From contig JASTWF010000334.1 of NCBI GenBank assembly GCA_030390025.1, positions 248,001 through 312,000 of the forward strand: a stretch of 64,000 nt of DNA, in the 5' to 3' direction. The translations under genes were made by a program, and so were the position numbers. This document shows positions 49,629 through 62,791 of the stretch, piece by piece. Below the pieces are notes generated by a model. It saw only the letters and a list, made by a program, of their open reading frames with translations, was not told the origin of the DNA and did no database searches. The stretch's first letter is position 1; each line of letters opens with the position of its first letter. This stretch comes from Squalus acanthias. Taxonomy: Eukaryota.

Positions 49629-50521
49629 GGGGGAAAAATTCAGTTGGTTGCGCCTCCCGTTAGCGCCTTAAGAGGGCGCTAATGGGGCGCAAAGCATCTA
49701 GCGCCCAGGCGCGGCGAAGTTTGCGCCGCTCACGAAATTAACTAGACATTTTGCAGCGGCGCTAAACACTACCGTCACGATCTCCTGCGCCGGCAGATCA
49801 TGACGTCAGTCGAGTGTGCAACGCCCCGGTATCGCCCCGGAGCGGATATTGAGTGGCGCCCCCTGCCTTACCGCCTGACGCTAGCAACGACAGGTTGAGG
49901 GGAGCGTTCTGCAGTCATGAAGGGAAAGGGGGAGCGCTATTTAAAGGTGACCGCTTCCTGCCTTTTATTGTTGGTGCCATTTTTGAACTACGCATTCTGA
50001 GAGAGAGAGGGAGAGACTTCTGGAGAGATTCAACGTTGTGTGAAGGAGTTTTGGGTACTGAGCAGCACTTTGCAGGTTCATTTTGATTTGCCATTCCTTG
50101 TATCGATTTAGCAGAGACTGTGGGGGCTGCACTCTGAGCTCTTTGCCTGGCACTCTCCATTGTTCTTTCCAGCACATTTGACGTGCAAGTCTCTCCAGGC
50201 CGAGATTCAAGGCTGCAATGAGCAGGATGTGGATGGAAAGCAAGATTAACCATCCCCTTTAAGAACTGGCCCGTGCCATTGTGTGTGTGTTCCATTGCTG
50301 ACTGACATTACATGAGCTTCGCCAGCGCTCTGAGTTAGCGCCTCACTCCTCGGCCTTTGCGCCTTAAGACAGGTGTGCAGCGCCTGATTTAGCGCTCCAA
50401 TCACCTCCCGGGGCGTTAAAAGTGAAGTTTCCAGTCAGTGGCGATAATTAGCGCCAGGCGCTAATTTTTGCGCCCGGACGATATTTGCGCCCCAAATGGG
50501 GCACGACTGAATTTTTCCCCC
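49629..50521. mobile_element. Non-autonomous Harbinger-type element C (893 bp)
   Basis: TIRs gggggaaaaattcag / ctgaatttttccccc, 3-bp TSD aaa; homologous to 11212-12105. Confidence 0.88.
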
Positions 50522-52435
50522 AAAGACTCTAAGAGAAGAATGAACCATCCGTGGCTAACTAAGGAAGTAAAGGATGGTATCAAATTGAAAACAAAAGCAT
50601 ACAATGTTGCAAAGAATAGTGGAAGGTCAGAGGATTGGGAAATTTTTTAAAACCAGCAAAGGATGACTAGAAAAATGATAGAGAGAGAAGATAGCTTATG
50701 AGAGTAAGCTAGCAAGAAATATAAAAACAGACAGTAAGAGCTTCTACAGTTATATAAAAAGGAAGAGAGTAGCTAATAGTAAACGTTGGTCCCCTAGAGG
50801 ATGAGTCTGGGGAATGAATAATGGGAAACAGGGAAATGGCAGAGACTTTGAACAAATATTTTGTATCGGTCTTCACAGTAGAAGACACTAAAAGCATCCC
50901 AATAATGGATAATCAAGGGGCTATTGGGGTGGAGGGGGGGAACTTAAAACAATCATTATCACTAGAGAGAAAGTATTAGGCAAACTAATGGGACTAAAGG
51001 TGAACAAGTCCCCTGAACTCGATAGTCTTAAAAGAAGTGGCTGCAGAGATAGTGGATGCATTGGTTCTAATCTACCAAAATTCCCTGGATTCTGGAGAGG
51101 TCCCAGCAAACTGGAAAACTGCAAATGTAACGCCCCTATTTAAGAAAGGAGGGAGACAGAAAGCAGGCAACTATCGACCAGTTAGCCTAACATCTGTCAC
51201 TGGGAAAAAGCTGGAGTACATTATTAAGGAAGTGATAGCAGGACATTTAGAAAATCATAATATAGTCAAGCAGAGTCAGCATGGTTTTATGAAAGGGAAA
51301 TCATGTTTGACAAATTTGCTGGAGTTCTTTGAGGATGTAATGAGCAGGGTGGATAAAGGGGAACCAGTAGATGTCGTGTATTTGGATTTCCAGAAGGCAT
51401 TCGATAAGGTGCCATATAAAAGGTTACTACACAAGATAAGAGCTCACGGGGTTGGAGGTAATATATTAGCATGAATAGAGGATTGGCTAACTAACAGAAA
51501 ACAGAGAGTCGGGCTAAATGGGTCATTTTCAGGTTGACAAACTGTAACTAGTGGGGTGCCACAGGGATCAGTGCTGGGGCCTCAACTATTTACAATCTAT
51601 ATTAATGACTTGGATGAAGGGACCGAATGTAATGTAGCCAAATTTGCTGATGATACAAAGATAGATGGGAAAGCAAATTGTGTGGAGGATGCAAAGAATC
51701 TCCAAAGGGATATAGATAGGCTAAGTGAGTGGGCAAAAATCTGTCAGATAGAGTATTCTGTGGGAAAATGCGAGGTTATCCACTTTGGTAGGAAAAATAA
51801 AAAAGCAAATTATTATTTAAATGGGGAGAGATTACAAAATGCTGCGGTACAGAGGGATCTGGGGGCTGCTAGTACATGAATCACAAAAAGTTAGCATGCA
51901 GGTACAGCAAGTAATTAGGAAGGCAAATGGAGTGTTGGCCTTTATTGCAAAGGGAATGGAGTATAAAAGTAGGGAAGTCCTGTTACAACTGTACAGGGTG
52001 CTGGTGAGACCACACCTGGAGTACTGCGTACAGTTTTTGTCTCCTTATTTAAGGAAGGATATATTTGCATTGGAGGCAGTTTGGAGAAGGTTCACGAGGT
52101 TGATTCCGAAGATGAAGGGGGTGTCTTATGAAGAAAGGTTGAGCATGTTGAGCCTCTACTCATTGGAGTTTAGAAGAATGAGAGGGGATCTTATTGAAAC
52201 ATTTAAGATTCTGAAGGGGCTTGACAGGGTAGATGCAGAGAGGATGTTTCCCCTCATGGGGGAATCTAGAACTAGGGGGCATAATTTCAGAATAAGAGGG
52301 CACCCATTTACATCGGAAATGAGGAGGAATTTCTTCTCTCAGAGGGTCGTGAATCTTTGGAATTCTCTTCCCCAGAGAGCTGTGGAGGCTGGGTCATTGA
52401 ATATATTTAAGGTGGAAATAGACAGATTTTTGAAT

Positions 52436-53630
52436 AAAAATGAGAAGTCGCACAACACCAGGTTATAGTCCAACAGTTTTATTTGAAATCACAAGCTTTC
52501 GGAGCTTTCGGAGCTCCTTCGTCAGGTGAAGTGAAGAAATACCAAATCAACAAAGCATATATAGATAGAGAACAATGCATGTGTAACTTACAACGGTAGA
52601 CGACTACATTTAATCCTCCTGACTGTTTATCTGCCGAGGTGTGACAAAAGGCAATCAGGTCAGCCAGGAAGACACCACATCAAAGACATAGCAAGATACA
52701 ACTGAGACAATGAGGTGGAGTTACAGGGGGTCTAATGTGTCAAAAGCTGCAGTCGGTATGGAAAACGATAAACTTAAAAAAAAAATTTACTTTTTTACTG
52801 GGAATCACATCTGTGAACAAGCCAACGACGACTCGAGTCTGGATGACTTTACGTCATGTATTGTGACATAAACCCAAGATCCCGGTTGAGACCGTCCTCA
52901 TGAGTGCACAACTTGGCTATCAGTTTCTGCTCGATGATTTTGCGTTGTCGTGTGTTTCTAAGGCCGCCTTGGAGAATGCTTACCCGCAGATCCGAGGCTG
53001 AATGTCCTTGACTGCTGAAGTGTTCCCCGACTGGGAGGTAACAATCCTGCCTGGCGATTGTTGCGCGGTGTCCATTCATACGTTGTCTCAGTGTCTGCAT
53101 GGTCTCGCCGATGTACCATGCCGCGGTGCATTCTTTCCTGCAACGTATGAGGTAGACAACGTTGGCCGAGTCACATGAGTATGTACCATGTACCTGGTGG
53201 GTAGTGTCCTCACGTGTGATGATGGTATCTGTGTTGATGATCTGGCATGTCTTGCAGAGGTTGCCGTGGCAGGGTTGTGTGGTGTCGTGGTCGCTGTTAT
53301 CCTGAAAGCTGGGTAATTTGCTGCGAACGATGGTACTTCTGAGGTTAGGCGGCTGTTTGAAGGCAAGTAGTGGAGGCGTGGGGATGGCCTTAGCGAGGTG
53401 TTCATCGTCATCGATGACATGTTGAAGGCTGCGAAGAACATGGCGTAGTTTCTCCGCTCCGGGGAAGTATTGGACGACGTAGGGTACCCTGTTGGTTGTG
53501 TCCGGTGTTTGCCTTCTGAGGAGGTCTATGCGATTTTTCGCTGTGGCCCGTCGGAACTGTCGATCGATGAGTGGAGCGTCATATCCCGTTCTTACGAGGG
53601 CGTTTTTCAGCCTCCGTAGGTGTCCATCGC
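52436..53630 (-). mobile_element. 5'-truncated Penelope-like element (linker, GIY-YIG endonuclease, terminal repeat with hammerhead motif)
   Basis: YIGET/MQTLRQRMNGHR...EQKLIAKL...GLN; TSD agatttttgaat (52424-52435, 53631-53642); minus strand CTGACGA a ggagc tccgaaa gctcc GAAA gctt at ~52488-52530. Confidence 0.92.
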
Positions 53631-53967
53631 AGATTTTTGAATGGTAACGGAGTCAAGGGTTATGGGGAGCGGGCAGGGAAGTGGAGTTGAGGCGAAGATC
53701 ATATCAGCCATGATCTTATTGAATGGCGGAGCAGGCTCGAGGGGCCAAATGACCTACTCCTGCTCCTACGTCTTATGTTCTTTTGTTCTTATGAACCCAA
53801 CAGTTTAATAAACATAAAAATAGCAAAAGGATGGTCAAAGGAAGAGTTGGGCCGATTAGGGACCAAAAAAAAGATCTTGTGGAGGCAGAGGGCATGGCTA
53901 AGGAACTCAGTGAGCACTTTGCATCTGTCTTCACTAAAGAGGATGCTGCCAATGTCACAGTAAAGGA

Positions 53968-54033
53968 GCACAGATTGAGGATCATCGGGGACAGACTGAG
54001 AATTTTCAGGGACACAGATTGAGGATTTTCAGG
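53968..54033. repeat. Three diverged units of the 22-23 bp satellite
   Basis: cacagattgaggatcatcgggg / acagactgagaattttcaggg / acacagattgaggattttcagg. Confidence 0.85.
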
Positions 54034-54126
54034 TTATTTTGTCTGATAACGCTCCTGTGAGCACCTTTGGACTTTTTACTACTTTAAAGTGGCTACATAA
54101 ATGCAAGTTGCTGTTGTTGTTGTTGT
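54034..54126 (+). mobile_element. L2/SINE-type 3' tail fragment (inverted counterpart at 54924-55013)
   Basis: ctgataacgctcctgtgagcacctttggac...ataaatgcaagttg followed by (ttg)n; reverse-complement homolog at 54924-55013. Confidence 0.65.
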
Positions 54127-54431
54127 GTGGTGAGGTCACTCACTGATCATGTTAATAGTTGCACCAATTTCACGATCTAACAAAAACTTACATTGCAGTA
54201 AGTGAGGATGCTGCAGTTCCAGTGTAGTCCTCCTGGTGGCACTGATGAGACCACCACCTGTACGCCTCTAGCGATACTGCGAGTGCTTGGAGTTAGATTT
54301 ATACAATGGCACCGAAGGAGACCATTCGGCCCATTGTGCCTGTGGAAGCTCTCAGAAAAGCTCAGATATATAATCACATTCGCCTGTCCTTTGCTCCATT
54401 CAACCCATGTGGCCTGTGCTGGCTCCGTGAA

Positions 54432-54686
54432 GGAGCTGGCTCCTTGGTTTAGTGGTAGCACTCTTGTCATTGAGTCAGAAAGTCATGTGTTCAAGGCCCA
54501 CTCCAGAGACTCGAACCCGTAATCCAGACCGACACTTCAGTGCAACACTGAGGGAGTGCTGCATTATGGCAGGTTCTGTCTTTTGGATGAGACGTAAAAC
54601 TAAGGTCCTCTCAGATGGACATAAAAGATCCCATGGCATTATTCGAAGAGTTCTCTCGGTGTCCTGGCCAATATTTTCCCTTAACA
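54432..54686 (+). mobile_element. tRNA-derived Deu-domain SINE (SacSINE1-like)
   Basis: tggtttagtggtagcactctt...gttcaaggcccactccagagact...gagggagtgctgcatt...taaaagatcccatggca; homologous to 37676-37941. Confidence 0.72.
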
Positions 54687-55011
54687 AGGAGTCATCAGGG
54701 ATTGCGGCGCTGACAAACCGGTTTTCAGAGCTGATTACCGGTGAGGGTCGCCAACACCTTGAGGGAGTGCAGTGCAGAGGAAAGACACGGCACCGTGGGG
54801 ACACAGCAAAGTGTAGAAATGTAGCAGTCACAGGCAATACAATCATTAGGGAGACTGACAGGCATTTTTATAAAATCGTGAAATTGGTGCACTATTATCA
54901 TGATATACGAGTTAACTCACCACACAACAACAACAACAACTTGCACTTATATAGTGCCTTTAACACAGTAACACCTCCCAAAGTGCTTCAGAGGAGCGTT
55001 ATAAAACAAAA

Positions 55012-58000
55012 TTATCAGGGACAAAGATTAAGGATTATCAGGACACAGATTGAGGATTATCAGGGACACAGATTGAGGATTATCAGGACACAGATTGAGG
55101 ATTATCAGGGACACAGATTGAGGATTATCAGAGACACAGATTGAGGATTATCAGGGACACAGATTGAGGATTATCAGGGACACAGATTGAGGATTATCAG
55201 GGGCACAGATTGAGGATTATGAGGACACAATTTGAGGATTATCAGGGGCACAGATTGAGGATTATCAGGAGACAGATTCAGGATTATCAGAAGACAGATT
55301 GAGGATTATCAGGAGACAGATTGAGGATTATCAGGAGACAGATTCAGGATTATCAGGAGACAGAGTCAGGATTATCAGAAGACAGATTGAGGATTATCAG
55401 GAGACAGATTGAGGATTATCAGGAGACAGATTCAGGATTATCAGGAGACAGATTGAGGATTATCAGGGACACAGATTGAGGATTATCAGGATACAGATTG
55501 AGGATAATCAGGGACACAGATTGAGGATTATCAGGGACACTGATTGAGGATTATCAGGACACAGATTGAGGATTATCAGGGGCACAGATTGAGGATTATC
55601 AGGGACACAGATTGAGGATTATCAGGGACACAGATTGAGGATTATCAGGACACAGTTTGAGGATTATCAGGGGCACAGATTGAGGATTATCAGGGACACA
55701 GATTGAGGATAATCAGGGACACAGATTGAGGATTATCAGGGACACTTAAGAGTCTTATCTGGGACACAGATTGAGGATTATCAGGACACAGATTGAGGAT
55801 TATCAGGACACAGATTGAGGATTATCAGGGACAAGGATTGAGGATTATCAGGGACACAATTTGAGGATTATCAGGATACAGATTGAGGATTATCAGCGAC
55901 ACAGATTGAGGATTATCAGGACACAGATTGAAGATTATCAGGGGCACAGATTGAGGATTATCAGGGACACAGATTGTGTATTATCAGTGGCACAGATTGA
56001 GGATTATCAGGGGCACAGATTGAGGATTATCATTGGCACAGATTGAGGATTATCAGGGGCACAGATTGAGGATTATCAGGGACACAGATTGAGGATTATC
56101 AGGACACAGATTGAGGATTATCAGGGACACAGATTGAGGGTTATCAGGGACACAGATTGAGGATTATCAGGGGCACAGATTGAGGATTATCAGGGACACA
56201 GATTGAGGATTATCAGTATACAGATTGAGGATTATCAGGGACATAGATTGAGGATTATCAGGGACACAGATTGAGGATTATCAGGGACACAGATTGAGGA
56301 TTATCAGGGACACAGATTGAGGGATATCAGGGACACAGATTGAGGATTATCAGGACACAGATTGAGGATTATCAGGGACACAGATTGAAGATTATCAGGA
56401 CACAGATTGAGGATTATCAGGGACACAGATTGAGGATTATCAGGGGCACAGATTGAGGATTATCAGGGACACAGATTGAGGATTATCAGTATACAGATTG
56501 AGGATTATCAGGGACATAGATTGAGGATTATCAGGGACACAGATTGAGGATTATCAAGGACACAGATTGAGGATTATCAGGGGCACAGATTGAGGATTAT
56601 CAGGGACAGAGATTGTGGATTATCCGGACACAGATTGAGGATTATCAGGATACAGATTGAGGATTATCAGTGACACAGATTGAGGATTATCAGGACACAG
56701 ATTGAGGATTATCAGGGGCACAGATTGAGGATTATCAGGACACAGATTGAGGATTATCAGGGACACAGATTGAAGATTATCAGGGACACAGATTGAGGAT
56801 TATCAGGGGCACAGATTGAGTATTATCAGGGACACAGATTGAGGATTATCAGGGACACAGATTGAGGATTATCAGGTGCACAGCTTGAGGATTATCAGGG
56901 ACACAGATTGAGGATTATCAGGGGCACAGATTGAGTATTATCAGGGACACAGATTGAGGATTATCAGGGACACAGATTGAGGATTATCAGGTGCACAGAT
57001 TGAGGATTATCAGGAAACAGATTGAGGATTATCTGAACACAGATTAAGGATTATGAGGACACAGATTGAGGATTATCAGGATACAGATTGAGGATTATCA
57101 GGGACACAGATTGAGGATTATCAGGGACACAGATTGAGGATTAACAGAGACATGGATTGAGGATTATCAGGATACAGATTGAGGATAATCAGGGACACAG
57201 ATTGAGGATTATCAGGGACACAGATTGAGGATTATCAGGAGACAGATTGAGGATTATCAGGAAACAGATTGAGGATTATCAGTGGCACAGATTGAGGATT
57301 ATCAGGGGCTCAGATTGAGGATTATCAGGACACAGATTGAGGATTAACAGAGACATGGATTGAGGATTATCAGGATACAGATTGAGGATTAACAGAGACA
57401 TGGATTGAGGATTATCAGGATACAGATTGAGGATTGTCAGGGACACAGATTGAGGATTATCAGGACACAGATTGAGGATTAACAGAGACATGGATTGAGG
57501 ATTATCAGGATACAGATTGAGGATAATCAGGGACACAGATTGAGGATTATCAGGGACACAGATTGAGGATTATCAGGAGACAGATTGAGGATTATCAGGA
57601 AACAGATTGAGGATTATCAGTGGCACAGATTGAGGATTATCAGGGGCTCAGATTGAGGATTATCAGGACACAGATTGAGGATTATCAGGACACAGATTGA
57701 GGATTATCAGAGACACAGATTGAGGATTATCAGGACACAGATTGAGGATTATCAGGGACACAGATTAAGGATTATCAGGGGCACAGATTGAGGATTATCA
57801 GGTGCACAGATTGAGGATTATCAGGTGCACAGATTGAGGATTATCAGGTGCACAGATTGAGGATTATCAGGACACAGATAGAGGATTATCAGGACACAGA
57901 TTGAAGATTATCTGAACACAGGTTGACAATTAACAGAGACATGGATTGAGGATTATCAGGATACAGATTGAGGTTAATCAGGGACACAGATTGAGGATTA

Positions 58001-61000
58001 TCAGGGACACAGATTGAGGATTATCAGGGACACAGATTGAGGATAATCAGGGACACAGTTTGAGGATTATCAGGACACAGATTGAGGATTATCAGGGACA
58101 CAGAAGAGTCTTATCTGGGACACAGATTGAGGATTATCAGGGACACAGATTGAGGATTATCAGGGACACAGATTGAGGATTATCACGATACAGATTGAGG
58201 ATTATCAGGGACACAGCTTGAGGATCATCAGGGACACAGATTGAGGATTATCAAGGACACAGATTGAGGATTATCAGGGACACAGATTGAGGATTATCAG
58301 GGACACAGATTGTGGATTATCAGGACACAGATTGAGGATTATCAGGGACACAGATTAAGGATTATCAGGGACACAGAAGAGTCTTATCTGGGACACAGTT
58401 TGAGGATTATCAGGACACAGATTGAGGATTATCAGGACACAGATTGAGGATTATCAGGGGCTCAGTTTGAGGATTATCAGGGAGACAGATTGAGGATTAT
58501 CAGGGACAAGGATTGAGGATTATCATGGACACATTTTGAGGATTATCAGGATAGAGATTGAGGATTATCAGGGGCACAGATTGAGGATTATCAGCGACAG
58601 AGATTGTGGATTTTCAGGGGCACAGATTGAGGATTATCAGGGGCACAGATTGAGGATTATCAGGGACACAGATTGAGGTTTATCAGGACACAGATTGAGG
58701 ATTATCAGGGACACAGATTGAGGATTATCAGGGACACAGATTGATGATTATCAGGGACACAGATTGAGGATTATCAGGACACAGATTGAGGATTATCAGG
58801 GACACAGATTGAGTATTATCAGGATACAGATTGAGGATTATCAGGGACATAGATTGAGGATTATCAGGGACACAGATTGAGGATTATCAAGGAAACAGAT
58901 TGAGGACTATCAGGGACACAGATTGAGGATTATCAGGGGCACAGATTGAGGATTATCAGGACACAGATTGAGGATCATCTGAACACAGATTAAGGATTAT
59001 GAGGACACAGATTGAGGATTATCAGGACACAGATTGAGGATTAACAGAGACATGGATTGAGGATTATCAGGATACAGATTGAGGATTATCAGGGACACAG
59101 ATTGAGGATTATCAGGGACACAGATTGAGGATTATCAGGACACAGATTGAGGATTATCAGGACACAGATTGAGGATTATCAGGGACACAGACTGAGGATT
59201 ATCAGGGGCACAGATTGAGGATTATCAGGGGCACAGATTGAGGATTATCAGGACACAGATTGAGAATTATCAGGACACAGATTGAGGATTATCTGAACAC
59301 AGGTTGAGGATTAACAGAGACATGGATTGAGGATTATCAGGATACAGATTGAGGATAATCAGGGACACAGATTGAGGATTATCAGGGACACTGATTGAGG
59401 ATTATCAGGACACAGATTGAGGATTATCAGGGGCACAGATTGAGGATTATCAGGGACACAGATTGAGGATTATCAGGGACACAGATTGAGGATTATCAGG
59501 ACACAGATTGAGGATTATCAGGGGCACAGATTGAGGATTATCAGGGACACAGATTGAGGATTATCACGACACAGATTGAAGATTATCAGGGGCACAGATT
59601 GAGGATTATCAGGGACACAGATTGTGTATTATCAGGTGCACAGATTGAGGATTATCAGGGGCACAGATTGAGGATTATTAGGGACACAGATTGAGGATTA
59701 TCAGGACACAGATTGAGGATTATCAGGGACACAGATTGAGGATTATCAGGGGCACAGATTGAGGATTATCAGGGACACAGATTGAGGATTATCAGGGACA
59801 CAGATTGAGGATTATCAGGATACAGATTGAGGATTATCAGGATACAGATTGATGATTATCAGGGACGTAGATTGAGGATTATCTGGGACACAGATTAAGG
59901 TTATCAAGGACACAGACTGCGGATTATCAGGGACACAGATTGAGGATTATCAGGGACACAGATTGAGCATTATCAGGATACAGATTGAGGATTATCAGGG
60001 ACATAGATTGAGGATTATCAGGGACACAGATTGAGGATTATCGAGGACACAGATTGAGGATTATCAGGGACACAGATTGAGGATTATCAGGGACACAGAT
60101 TGTGGATTATCAGGACACAGATTGAGGATTATCAGGACACAGATTGAGGATTATCAGGGGCTCAGATTGAGGATTATCAGGGGGACAGATTGAGGATTAT
60201 CAGGGACAAGGATTGAGGATTATCGGGGACATAGATTGAGTATTATCAGGATACAGATTGAGGATTATCAGGGACATAGATTGAGGATTATCAGGGACAC
60301 AGATTGAGGATTATCAAGGAAACAGATTGAGGACTATCAGGGACACAGATTGAGGATTAGCAGGGGCACAGATTGAGGATTATCAGGACACAGATTGAGG
60401 ATCATCTGAACACAGATTAAGGATTATGAGGACACAGATTGAGGATTATCAGGACACAGATTGAGGATTAACAGAGACACGGATTGAGGATTATCAGGAT
60501 ACAGATTGAGGATAATCTGGGACACAGATTGAGGATTATCAGGGACACAGATTGAGGATTATCAGGACACAGATTGAGGATTATCAGAGACACAGATTGA
60601 TGATTATCAGTGGCACAGATTGAAGATTATCAGGGACACAGATTGAGGATTATCAGGGGCACAGATTGAGGATTATCAGGACACAGATTGAGAATTATCA
60701 GGACACAGATTGAGGATTATCTGAACACAGGTTGAGGATTAACAGAGACATGGATCGAGGATTATCAGGATACAGATTGAGGATTATCAGGGACACAGAT
60801 TGAGGATTATCAGGGACACGGATTGAGGATTATCAGGACACAGATTGAGGATTATCAGGACACAGATTGAGGATTATCAGGGACACAGACTGAGGATTAT
60901 CAGGGGCACAGATTGAGGATTATCAGGGGCACAGATTGAGGATTATCAGGACACAGATTGAGAATTATCAGGACACAGATTGAGGATTATCTGAACACAG

Positions 61001-62534
61001 GTTGAGGATTAACAGAGACATGGATTCCGGATTATCAGGATACAGATTGAGGATAATCAGGGACACAGATTGAGGATTATCAGGGACACTGATTGAGGAT
61101 TATCAGGACACAGATTGAGGATTATCAGGGGCACAGATTGAGGATTATCAGGGACACAGATTGAGGATTATCAGGGACACAGATTGAGGATTATCAGGAC
61201 ACAGATTGAGGATTATCAGGGGCACAGATTGAGGATTATCAGGGACACAGATTGACGATTATCAGGGACACAGATTGAGGATTATCAGGGACACAGATTG
61301 AGGATTATCAGGATACAGATTGAGGATTATCAGGGACATAGATTGAGGATTATCAGGTACACAGATTGAGCATTATCAAGGACACAGATTGAGGATTATC
61401 AGGGGCACAGATTGAGGATTATCAGGGACACAGATTGTGGATTATCCGGACACAGATTGAGGATTATCAGGATACAGATTGATGATTATCAGGGACGTAG
61501 ATTGAGGATTATCAGGGACACAGATTAAGGTTATCAAGGACACAGACTGCGGATTATCAGGGACACAGATTGAGGATTATCAGGGACACAGATTGAGCAT
61601 TATCAAGGATACAGATTGAGGATTATCAGGGACATAGATTGAGGATTATCAGGGACACAGATTGAGGATTATCGAGGACACAGATTGAGGATTATCAGGG
61701 ACACAGATTGAGGATTATCAGGGACACAGATTGTGGATTATCAGGACACAGATTGAGGATTATCAGGACACAGATTGAGGATTATCAGGGACACAGAAGA
61801 ATCTTATCTGGGACCCAGATTGAGGATTATCAGGACACAGATTGAGGATTATCAGGGGCTCAGATTGAGGATTATCAGGGAGACAGATTGAGGATTATCA
61901 GGGACAAGGATTGAGGATTATCAGGGACACATTTTGAGGATTATCAGGATACAGATTGAGGATTATCATGGACACAGATTGTGGATTATCAGGGGCACAG
62001 ATTGAGGGTTATCAGGGACGCAGATTGAGGATTATCAGGGACACAGATTGAGGATTATCAGGACACAGATTGAGGATTATCAGGGACACAGATTGAGGAT
62101 TATTAGGGACACAGATTGAGGATTATCAGGGACTCAGATTGAAAATTATCAGGGACATAGATTGAGCATTATCAGGGACACAGATTGAGGATTATCAGGA
62201 CACAGATTGAGGATTATCAGGACACAGATTGAGGATTATCAGGATTACAGTTTGAGAATTATCAGGGACACAGATTGAGGATTATCAGGGACACAGATTG
62301 AGGTTTATCAGGGACACAGATTGAGGATTGTCAGGGACAAAGATTGAGGATTATCAGGGACACAGATTGAGGATTATCAGGGACACAGATTGAGGATTAT
62401 CAGGGACACAGATTGAGGATTATCTGGGCCATAGATTGAGGATTACCAGGACACAGATTGAGGATTATCAGGGACACAGATTGAGGATTATCAGGGACAC
62501 AGATTGAGGATTATCAGGGATACAGTTTGAGGAT
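55012..62534. repeat. Satellite array 2, same 22-23 bp unit in the opposite orientation, ~7.5 kb
   Basis: Tandem A(G)GGACACAGATTGAGGATTATC, the reverse complement of array 1. Confidence 0.98.
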
Positions 62535-62728
62535 TGTCGTAAGAATGAGCCTTACGCGTGGTGAACTTAAAGTAAGCTTTAATCAACTAAAAAGATGCTA
62601 CATACAATCGAGGTCTTACTCTATGCCTCTCCAGGATCCAACTGATCAGCCCAGTATTTATCCTGGACTAATCACAGGAAGTGATGTAATAAAGTTCGAG
62701 TCACAGGAAGCTGTATTGTGTTACCACA
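62535..62728 (-). mobile_element. 3' LTR (~194 bp) of a Ty3/Gypsy retrotransposon
   Basis: TG...CA termini (tgtcg...accaca). Polypurine tract ggggggggag on minus at 62731-62740, separated by 2 nt. ATTAAA on minus at 62578-62583. Confidence 0.8.
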
Positions 62729-62791
62729 TTCTCCCCCCCCAAAAGATTAGGAGGCCGGGATGAAGTTCGAGTCACAGGAAGCTGTATTGTG

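Larger units (their letters stand above)
49170..53792 (+). mobile_element. CR1 ORF2 remnant split into 49170-49628, 50522-52435 and 53631-53792
   Basis: MGDFN and SDH (endonuclease); YLDFQKAFD, PQGSVLGP and KFADDTK (RT); junctions rejoin; cttatgtt tail. Short fragments of another CR1 subfamily flank it (49011-49170, 53793-53967). Confidence 0.9.

Noticed and set aside
39308..62534. Regular 22-23 bp repeats as a CRISPR array or repeat-protein gene
   Set aside because: There are no unique spacers and no cas genes, the context is eukaryotic, and the short ORFs are by-products of the tandem unit.
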